The notes under the pieces: generated by a model | Databases searched by the model: none | Seen by the model: only the letters and a program-made list of their open reading frames with translations | Told to the model about the DNA's origin: nothing | Source of the DNA: the human T2T-CHM13v2.0 reference genome, Homo sapiens | Length of the DNA: 64,000 nt | NCBI RefSeq assembly: GCF_009914755.1 | Contig: NC_060942.1 | Reading direction: 5' to 3' (one strand) | Made by a program: the position numbers and the translations under genes | Shown here: positions 54,529-64,000 of the stretch, one piece after another | Layout of the letters: each line of letters begins with the position of its first letter | How positions within the stretch are numbered: position 1 is the stretch's first letter

Positions 54529-57500
54529 CATTCTCAGAAACTTATTTGAGATGTGTGTACTCAACTAAGAGAATTGAACCACCGTTTTGAAGGAGCAGTT
54601 TTGAAACACTCTTTTTCTGGAATCTGCACGTGGATATTTGGCTAGCTTTGGGGATTTCGCTGGAAGCGGGAATACATATAAAAAGCACACAGCAGCGTTC
54701 TGAGAAACTGCTTTCTGATGTTTGCATTCAAGTCAAAAGTTGAACACTCCCTTTCATAGAGCAGTCTTGAAACACCCCTTTTGTAGTATCTGGAACTGGA
54801 CATTTGGAGCGCTTTCAGGGTTAAGGTGAAAAAGGAAATATCTTCCCATAAAAACTGGACAGAAGCATTCTCAGAAACTTGTTTATGCTGTATCTACTCA
54901 AGTAACAAAGTTGAACCTTTCTTTTGATAGAGCAGTTTTGAAATGCTCTTTTTGTGGAATCTGCAAGTGGATATTTGGCTAGGTTTGAGGATTTCGTTGG
55001 AAGCGGGAATTCATACAAATTGCAGACTGCAGCTTTCTGAGAAACATCTTTGTGATGTTTGTATTCAGGACACAGAGTTGAACATTCCCTATCATAGAGC
55101 AGGTTGGAATCACTCCTTTTGTAGTATCTGGAAGTGGACATTTGGAGCGCTTTCAGGCCTATGTTGAAAAAGGAAATATCTTCCCATAACAACTAGGCAG
55201 AAGCATTCTCAGAAACTTGTTTGTGATGTGTGCCCTCTACTGACACAGTTGAACCTTTCTTTTCATAGAGCAGTTTCGAAACACTCTTTTTGTAGAATCT
55301 GCAAGAGGATATTTGCATAGCTTTGAGGATTTCGTGGGAAACGGGATTGTCTTCAGGTAAAATCTAGACAGAAGCATTCTCAGAAACTTCTTTGCGATGT
55401 TTGCATTCAAGTCACAGAGTAGAACATTCCCTTTGGTAGAGCAGGTTTGAAACACTCTTTTTGTAGTGTGTGTAAGTGGACATTTGGAGCGCTTTCAGGC
55501 CTACGTTGGAAAAGGAAATATCTTCCCATAACAACTAGACAGAAGCATTCTCAGAAACTAGTTTCTGATGTGTGTCCTCAACTAACACAGTTGAACATTT
55601 CTTTAGACAGAACAGTTTTGAAACACTCTTTTTGTGGAATCTGCAAGTGGATATTTGGCTAGATTTGAGGATTTCGTTGGAAACGGGATTACATATAAAA
55701 AGCAGACAGCAGCATTCTCAGAAACTTCTTTGTGATGATTGCATTCAAGTCACAGGATTGAACATTCCCTTTCACAGAGCAGGTTTGAAACACTCTTTTT
55801 GTAGTGTGTGTAAGTGGACATTTGGAGCGCTTTTCGGCCTAAGGTGAACAAGGAAATATCTTCCCATAAAAACTAGACAGAAGCATTCTCAGAAACTTAC
55901 TCGTGATGTGTGTACTCAACTAAAGGAGTAGAACCTTTCTTTTCATAGAGAAGTTTTGAAACGCTCTTTTTGTGGACTCTGCAAGTGGATATTTGGCTAG
56001 TTTGGAGGATTTCGTTGGAAGCGGGAATTCATACAAATTGCAGACTGCAGCGTTCTGAGAAACATCTTTGTGATGTTTGTATTCAGGACACAGAGTTGAA
56101 CATTCCCTATCATAGAGCAGGTTGGAATCACTCCTTTTGTAGTATCTGGAAGTGGACATTTGGAGCGCTTTCAGGCCTATGTTGAAAAAGGAAATATCTT
56201 CCCATAACAACTAGACAGAAGCATTCTCAGAAACTTATTTGAGATGTGTGTACTCAACTAAGAGAATTGAACCACCGTTTTGAAGGAGCAGTTTTGAAAC
56301 ACTCTTTTTCTGGAATCTGCAAGTGGATATTTGGCTAGCTTTGGGGATTTCGCGGGAAGCGGGAATACATATAAAAAGCACACAGCAGCGTTCTGAGAAA
56401 CTGCTTTCTGATGTTTGCATTCAAGTCAAAAGTTGAACACTCCCTTTCACAGAGCAGTCTTGAAACACCCCTTTTGTAGTATCTGGAACTGGACATTTGG
56501 AGCGCTTTCAGGGCTAAGGTGAAAAAGGAAATATCTTCCCATAAAAACTGGACAGAAGCATTCTCAGAAACTTGTTTATGCTGTATCTACTCAACTAACA
56601 AAGTTGAACCTTTCTTTTGATAGAGCAGTTTTGAAATCCTCTTTTTGTGGAATCTGCAAGTGCATATTTGGCTAGGTTTGAGGATTTCGTTGGAAGCGGG
56701 AATTCATACAAATTGCAGACTGCAGCGTTCTGAGAAACAACTTTGTGATGTTTGTATTCAGGACACAGAGTTGAACATTCTCTATCATAGAGCAGGTTGG
56801 AATCACTCCTTTTGTAGTATCTGGAAGTGGACATTTGGAGCGCTTTCAGGCCTATGTTGAAAAAGGAAATATCTTCCCATAACAACTAGACAGAAGCATT
56901 CTCAGAAACTTGTTTGTGATGTGTGCCCTCTACTGACACAGTTGAACCTTTCTTTTCATAGAGCAGTTTCGAAACACTCTTTTTGTAGAATCTGCAAGAG
57001 GATATTTGCATAGCTTTGAGGATTTCGTGGGAAACGGGATTGTCTTCAGGTAAAATCTAGACAGAAGCATTCTCAGAAACTTCTTTGCGATGTTTGCATT
57101 CAAGTCACAGAGTAGAACATTCCCTTTGGTAGAGCAGGTTTGAAACACTCTTTTTGTAGTGTGTGTAAGTGGACATTTGGAGCGCTTTCAGGCCTATGTT
57201 GGAAAAGGAAATATCTTCCCATAACAACTAGACAGAAGCATTCTCAGAAACTAGTTTCTGATGTGTGTCCTCAACTAACACAGTTGAACATTTCTTTAGA
57301 CAGAACAGTTTTGAAACACTCTTTTTGTGGAATCTGCAAGTGGATATTTGGCTAGATTTGAGGATTTCGTTGGAAACGGGATTACATATAAAAAGCAGAC
57401 AGCAGCATTCTCAGAAACTTCTTTGTGATGATTGCATTCAAGTCACAGGATTGAACATTCCCTTTCACAGAGCAGGTTTGAAACACTCTTTTTGTAGTGT

Positions 57501-59607
57501 GTGTAAGTGGACATTTGGAGCGCTTTTCGGCCTAAGGTGAACAAGGAAATATCTTCCCATAAAAACTAGACAGAAGCATTCTCAGAAACTTACTCGTGAT
57601 GTGTGTACTCAACTAAAGGAGTAGAACCTTTCTTTTCATAGAGAAGTTTTGAAACGCTCTTTTTGTGGACTCTGCAAGTGGATATTTGGCTAGTTTGGAG
57701 GATTTCGTTGGAAGCGGGAATTCATACAAATTGCAGACTGCAGCGTTCTGAGAAACATCTTTGTGATGTTTGTATTCAGGACACAGAGTTGAACATTCCC
57801 TATCATAGAGCAGGTTGGAATCACTCCTTTTGTAGTATCTGGAAGTGGACATTTGGAGCGCTTTCAGGCCTATGTTGAAAAAGGAAATATCTTCCCATAA
57901 CAACTAGACAGAAGCATTCTCAGAAACTTATTTGAGATGTGTGTACTCAACTAAGAGAATTGAACCACCGTTTTGAAGGAGCAGTTTTGAAACACTCTTT
58001 TTCTGGAATCTGCAAGTGGATATTTGGCTAGCTTTGGGGATTTCGCTGGAAGCGGGAATACATATAAAAAGCACACAGCAGCGTTCTGAGAAACTGCTTT
58101 CTGATGTTTGCATTCAAGTCAAAAGTTGAACACTCCCTTTCACAGAGCAGTCTTGAAACACCCCTTTTGTAGTATCTGGAACTGGACATTTGGAGCGCTT
58201 TCAGGGCTAAGGTGAAAAAGGAAATATCTTCCCATAAAAACTGGACAGAAGCATTCTCAGAAACTTGTTTATGCTGTATCTACTCAACTAACAAAGTTGA
58301 ACCTTTCTTTTGATAGAGCAGTTTTGAAATCCTCTTTTTGTGGAATCTGCAAGTGCATATTTGGCTAGGTTTGAGGATTTCGTTGGAAGCGGGAATTCAT
58401 ACAAATTGCAGACTGCAGCGTTCTGAGAAACAACTTTGTGATGTTTGTATTCAGGACACAGAGTTGAACATTCTCTATCATAGAGCAGGTTGGAATCACT
58501 CCTTTTGTAGTATCTGGAAGTGGACATTTGGAGCGCTTTCAGGCCTATGTTGAAAAAGGAAATATCTTCCCATAACAACTAGGCAGAAGCATTCTCAGAA
58601 ACTTGTTTGTGATGTGTGCCCTCTACTGACACAGTTGAACCTTTCTTTTCATAGAGCAGTTTCGAAACACTCTTTTTGTAGAATCTGCAAGAGGATATTT
58701 GCATAGCTTTGAGGATTTCGTGGGAAACGGGATTGTCTTCAGGTAAAATCTAGACAGAAGCATTCTCAGAAACTTCTTTGGGATGTTTGCATTCAAGTCA
58801 CAGAGTAGAACATTCCCTTTGGTAGAGCAGGTTTGAAACACTCTTTTTGTAGTGTGTGTAAGTGGACATTTGGAGCGCTTTCAGGCCTACGTTGGAAAAG
58901 GAAATATCTTCCCATAACAACTAGACAGAAGCATTCTCAGAAACTAGTTTCTGATGTGTGTCCTCAACTAACACAGTTGAACATTTCTTTAGACAGAACA
59001 GTTTTGAAACACTCTTTTTGTGGAATCTGCAAGTGGATATTTGGCTAGATTTGAGGGTTTCGTTGGAAAAGGGATTACATATAAAAAGCAGACAGCAGCA
59101 TTCTCAGAAACTTCTTTGTGATGATTGCATTCAAGTCACAGAATTGAACATTCCCTTTCACAGAGCAGGTTTGAAACACTCTTTTTGTAGTGTGTGTAAG
59201 TGGACATTTGGAGCGCTTTTCGGCCTAAGGTGAACAAGGAAATATCTTCCCATAAAAACTAGACAGAAGCATTCTCAGAAACTTACTCGTGATGTGTGTC
59301 CTCAACTAAAGGAGTAGAACCCTTCTTTTCATAGAGAAGTTTTGAAACGCTCTTTTTGTGGACTCTGCAAGTGGATATTTGGCTAGTTTGGAGGATTTCG
59401 TTGGAAGCGGGAATTCATACAAATTGCAGACTGCAGCGTTCTGAGAAACATCTTTGTGATGTTTGTATTCAGGACACAGAGTTGAACATTCCCTATCATA
59501 GAGCAGGTTGGAATCACTCCTTTTGTAGTATCTGGAAGTGGACATTTGGAGCGCTTTCAGGCCTATGTTGGAAAAGGAAATATCTTCCCATAACAACTAG
59601 ACAGAAG
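54529..59607 (+). repeat. Three tandem 10-mer HORs
   Basis: A1 starts at 54529, 56222, 57915; each spacing is 1693. Confidence 0.92.
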
Positions 59608-62600
59608 CATTCTCAGAAACTTATTTGAGATGTGTGTACTCAACTAAGAGAATTGAACCACCGTTTTGAAGGAGCAGTTTTGAAACACTCTTTTTCTGGA
59701 ATCTGCAAGTGGATATTTGGCTAGCTTTGGGGATTTCGCTGGAAGCGGGAATACATATAAAAAGCACACAGCAGCGTTCTGAGAAACTGCTTTCTGATGT
59801 TTGCATTCAAGTCAAAAGTTGAACACTCCCTTTCATAGAGCAGTCTTGAAACACCCCTTTTGTAGTATCTGGAACTGGACATTTGGAGCGCTTTCAGGGC
59901 TAAGGTGAAAAAGGAAATATCTTCCCATAAAAACTGGACAGAAGCATTCTCAGAAACTTGTTTATGCTGTATCTACTCAACTAACAAAGTTGAACCTTTC
60001 TTTTGATAGAGCAGTTTTGAAATGCTCTTTTTGTGGAATCTGCAAGTGGATATTTGGCTAGGTTTGAGGATTTCGTTGGAAGCGGGAATTCATTCAAATT
60101 GCAGACTGCAGCGTTGTGAGAAACATCTTTGTGATGTTTGTATTCAGGACACAGAGTTGAACATTCCCTATCATAGAGCAGGTTGGAATCACTCCTTTTG
60201 TAGTATCTGGAAGTGGACATTTGGAGCGCTTTCAGGCCTATGTTGGAAAAGGAAATATCTTCCCATAACAACTAGGCAGAAGCATTCTCAGAAACTTGTT
60301 TGTGATGTGTGCCTTCTACTGACACAGTTGAACCTTTCTTTTCATAGAGCAGTTTCGAAACACTCTTTTTGTAGAATCTGCAAGAGGATATTTGCATAGC
60401 TTTGAGGATTTCGTGGGAAACGGGATTGTCTTCAGGTAAAATCTAGACAGAAGCATTCTCAGAAACTTCTTTGGGATGTTTGCATTCAAGTCACAGAGTA
60501 GAACATTCCCTTTGGTAGAGCAGGTTTGAAACACACTTTTTGTAGTGTGTGTATGTGGACATTTGGAGCGCTTTCAGTCCTACGTTGGAAAAGGAAATAT
60601 CTTCCCATAACAACTAGACAGAAGCATTCTCAGAAACTAGTTTCTGATGTGTGTCCTCAACTAACACAGTTGAACATTTCTTTAGACAGAACAGTTTTGA
60701 AACACTCTTTTTGTGGAATCTGCAAGTGGATATTTGGCTAGATTTGAGGATTTCGTTGGAAACGGGATTACATATAAAAAGCAGACAGCAGCATTCTCAG
60801 AAACTTCTTTGTGATGATTGCATTCAACTCACAGAATTGAACATTCCCTTTCACAGAGCAGGTTTGAAACACTCTTTTTGTAGTGTGTGTAAGTGGACAT
60901 TTTGATCGCTTTCCGGCCTAAGGTGAACAAGGAAATATCTTCCCATAAAAACTAGACAGAAGCATTCCCAGAAACTTACTCGTGATGTGTGTCCTCAACT
61001 AAAGGAGTAGAACCTTTCTTTTCATAGAGAAGTTTTGAAACGCTCTTTTTGTGGAATCTGCAAGTGGATATTTGGCTAGTTTTGAGGATTTCGTTGGAAG
61101 CGGGAATTCATACAAATTGCAGACTGCAGCGTTCTGAGAAACATCTTTGTGATGTTTGTATTCAGGACACAGAGTTGAACATTCCCTATCATAGAGCAGG
61201 TTGGAATCACTCTTTTGTAGTATCTGGAAGTGGACATTTGGAGCGCTTTCAGGCCTACGTTGAAAAAGGAAATATCTTCCCATAACAACTAGACAGAAGC
61301 ATTCTCAGAAACTAGTTTCTGATGTGTGTCCTCAACTAACACAGTTGAACATTTCTTTAGACAGAACAGTTTTGAAACACTCTTTTTGTGGAATCTGCAA
61401 GTGGATATTTGGCTAGATTTGAGTATTTCGTTGGAAACGGGATTACATATAAAAAGCAGACAGCAGCATTCTCAGAAACTTCTTTGTGATGATTACATTC
61501 AAGTCACAGAATTGAACATTCCCTTTCACAGAGCAGGTTTGAAACACTCTTTTTGTAGTGTGTGTAAGTGGACATTTGGAGCGCTTTCCGGCCTAAGGTG
61601 AACAAGGAAATATCTTCCCATAAAAACTAGACAGAAGCATTCTCAGAAACTTAGTCGTGATGTGTGTCCTCAACTAAAGGAGTAGAACCTTTCTTTTCAT
61701 AGAGAAGTTTTGAAACGCTCTTTTGGTGGAATCTGCAAGTGGATATTTGGCTAGTTTGCAGGATTTCGTTGGAAGCGGGAATTCATACAAATTGCAGACT
61801 GCAGCGTTCTGAGAAACATCTTTGTGATGTTTGTATTCAGGACACAGAGTTGAACATTCCCTATCATAGATCAGGTTGGAATCACTCCTTTTGTAGTATC
61901 TGGAAGTGGACATTTGGAGCGCTTTCAGGCCTATGTTGAAAAAGGAAATATCTTCCCATAACTACTAGACAGAAGCATTCTCAGAAACTTGTTTGTGATG
62001 TGTGCCCTCTACTGACACAGTTGAACCTTTCTTTTCATAGAGCACTTTCGAAACACTCTTTTTGTAGAATCTGCAAGAGGATATTTGCATAGCTTTGAGG
62101 ATTTCGTGGGAAACGGGATTGTCTTCAGGTAAAATCTAGACAGAAGCATTCTCAGAAACTTCTTTGGGATGTTTGCATTCAAGTCACAGAGTAGAACATT
62201 CCCTTTGGTAGAGCAGGTTTGAAACACTCTTTTTGTAGTGTGTGTAAGTGGACATTTGGAGCGCTTTCAGGCCTACGTTGGAAAAGGAAATATCTTCCCA
62301 TAACAACTAGACAGAAGCATTCTCAGAAACTAGTTTCTGATGTGTGTCCTCAACTAACACAGTTGAACATTTCTTTAGACAGAACAGTTTTGAAACACTC
62401 TTTTTGTGGAATCTGCAAGTGGATATTTGGCTAGATTTGAGGATTTCGTTGGAAACGGGATTACATATAAAAAGCAGACAGCAGCATTCTCAGAAACTTC
62501 TTTGTGATGATTGCATTCAAGTCACAGAATTGAACATTCCCTTTCACAGAGCAGGTTTGAAACACTCTTTTTGTAGTGTGTGTAAGTGGACATTTGGAGC

Positions 62601-62993
62601 GCTTTCCGGCCTAAGGTGAACAAGGAAATATCTTCCCATAAAAACTAGACAGAAGCATTCTCAGAAACTTACTCGTGATGTGTGTCCTCAACTAAAGGAG
62701 TAGAACCTTTCTTTTCATAGAGAAGTTTTGAAACGCTCTTTTTGTGGAATCTGCAAGTGGATATTTGGCTAGTTTGGAGGATTTCGTTGGAAACGGGAAT
62801 TCATACAAATTGCAGACTGCAGCGTTCTGAGAAACATCTTTGTGATGTTTGTATTCAGGACACAGAGTTGAACATTCCCTATCATAGAGCAGGTAGGAAT
62901 CACTCCTTTTGTAGTATCTGGAAGTGGACATTTGGAGCGCTTTCAGGCCTATGTTGGAAAAGGAAATATCTTCCCATAACAACTAGACAGAAG
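59608..62993 (+). repeat. 20-mer HOR variant ABCDE-DE-CDE (3386 bp)
   Basis: D1 (cattctcagaaactagtttc) recurs after only 675 bp (60625 to 61300), skipping dimer C; 3386 = 1693+675+1018. Confidence 0.9.
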
Positions 62994-64000
62994 CATTCTC
63001 AGAAACTTATTTGAGATGTGTGTACTCAACTAAGAGAATTGAACCACCGTTTTGAAGGAGCAGTTTTGAAACACTCTTTTTCTGGAATCTGCAAGTGGAT
63101 ATTTGGCTAGCTTTGGGGATTTCGCTGGAAGCGGGAATACATATAAAAAGCACACAGCAGCGTTCTGAGAAACTGCTTTCTGATGTTTGCTTTCAAGTCA
63201 AAAGTTGAACACTCCCTTTCATAGAGCAGTCTTGAAACACCCCTTTTGTAGTATCTGGAACTGGACATTTGGAGCGCTTTCAGGGCTAAGGTGAAAAAGG
63301 AAATATCTTCCCATAAATACTGGACAGAAGCATTCTCAGAAACTTGTTTATGCTGTATCTACTCAACTAACAAAGTTGAACCTTTCTTTTGATAGAGCAG
63401 TTTTGAAATGCTCTTTTTGTGGAATCTGCAAGTGGATATTTGGCTAGCTTTGAGGATTTCGTTGGAAGCGGGAATTCATACAAATTGCAGACTGCAGCGT
63501 TCTGAGAAACATCTTTGTGATGTTTGTATTCAGGACACAGAGTTGAACATTCCCTATCATAGAGCAGGTTGGAATCACTCCTTTTGTAGTATCTGGAAGT
63601 GGACATTTGGAGCGCTTTCAGGCCTATGTTGAAAAAGGAAATATCTTCCCATAACAACTAGGCAGAAGCATTCTCAGAAACTTGTTTGTGATGTGTGCCC
63701 TCTACTGACACTGTTGATCCTTTCTTTTCATAGAGCAGTTTCGAAACACTCTTTTTGTAGAATCTGCAAGAGGATATTTGCATAGCTTTGAGGATTTCGT
63801 GGGAAACGGGATTGTCTTCAGGTAAAATCTAGACAGAAGCATTCTCAGAAACTTCTTTGGGATGTTTGCATTCAAGTCACAGAGTAGAACATTCACTTTG
63901 GTAGAGCAGGTTTGAAACACTCTTTTTGTAGTGTGTGTAAGTGGACATTTGGAGCGCTTTCAGGCCTACGTTGGAAAAGGAAATATCTTCCCATAACAAC
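62994..64000 (+). repeat. Partial HOR (dimers A, B, C) truncated by the window end
   Basis: A1 starts at 62994 and the window ends within C2. Confidence 0.92.

Larger units (their letters stand above)
1..64000 (+). repeat. Centromeric alpha-satellite HOR array, dimeric SF2 (D1/D2)-type; candidate D20Z2/S2C20H1L (chr20), chromosome unverified
   Basis: Tandem 167-171 bp monomers starting cattctcagaaac/cgttctgagaaac run across the whole window. A CENP-B box (TTTCGTTGGAARCGGGA) sits in every second monomer. HOR copies are near-identical while neighbouring monomers are clearly divergent. XbaI (tctaga in C1) and EcoRI (gaattc in B1/E1) sites recur periodically. Alphoid identity is certain; the SF2 call is from recalled consensus; chromosome assignment is only about 0.55. 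Confidence 0.98.

Noticed and set aside
9-63920. Hundreds of 61-125 aa ORFs (MQTSES..., MLWEDIS..., MFQTCS..., MKHSFC..., MSSTNT...)
   Set aside because: They are chance frames of alphoid monomers that recur with the HOR period on both strands. Many use alternative starts, overlap each other and are freely broken by point changes, and I recognise no protein domains. I used them only as positional markers.
1-64000. CRISPR-like appearance of a regularly spaced conserved motif (gacagaagcattctcagaaac)
   Set aside because: The intervening sequences are ~150-bp homologous repeats, not unique spacers; there are no cas genes; this is eukaryotic satellite.
1-64000. Possible L1/Alu insertion, inversion or non-alphoid island
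   Set aside because: Every interval between A1 monomers is explained by sums of 1693, 1018 and 675 bp within 1 bp, and all boxes read on the + strand, leaving no room for an insertion.
1-64000. Assignment to the SF1 10-mer D16Z2 because of the 1.7-kb unit
   Set aside because: The monomers lack the SF1 J1/J2 signatures as I recall them (e.g. gatcctttacacagagcagac, gttaggaaacactctg) and resemble SF2 D1/D2 instead.
1-64000. Claim that this window is the kinetochore site or a novel biological system
   Set aside because: High homogeneity and dense CENP-B boxes fit a live array, but CENP-A occupancy and the methylation dip cannot be read from sequence, and known satellite turnover explains all the structure seen.

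Overview
The whole 64 kb window is one uninterrupted, single-orientation primate (almost certainly human) centromeric alpha-satellite higher-order-repeat (HOR) array. Monomers are 167-171 bp, alternating CENP-B-box-bearing and box-less, with a dimeric pattern matching suprachromosomal family 2 (D1/D2). Five dimers, here labelled A-E, form a 1693-bp 10-mer (ABCDE). Extra copies of a 1018-bp 6-mer (CDE) give 16-mers (2711 bp), 22-mers and one 28-mer, and one 675-bp DE 4-mer gives a 20-mer. I count 29 complete units (20x10-mer, 5x16-mer, 2x22-mer, 1x28-mer, 1x20-mer) and about 189 CENP-B box positions, 7 visibly broken. The 10+6=16-mer structure suggests the chromosome 20 D20Z2/S2C20H1L array, with chr18-related SF2 arrays as the alternative; this is from memory and unverified. 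I see no genes, RNA genes, transposon insertions, inversions or CRISPR, and all listed ORFs are repeat artefacts. I found no credible new biological system. The interest lies in the array's evolutionary record: nested tandem duplications, a long-range duplication, hybrid monomers marking crossovers, a haplotype switch near 39.9 kb and CENP-B box variants.
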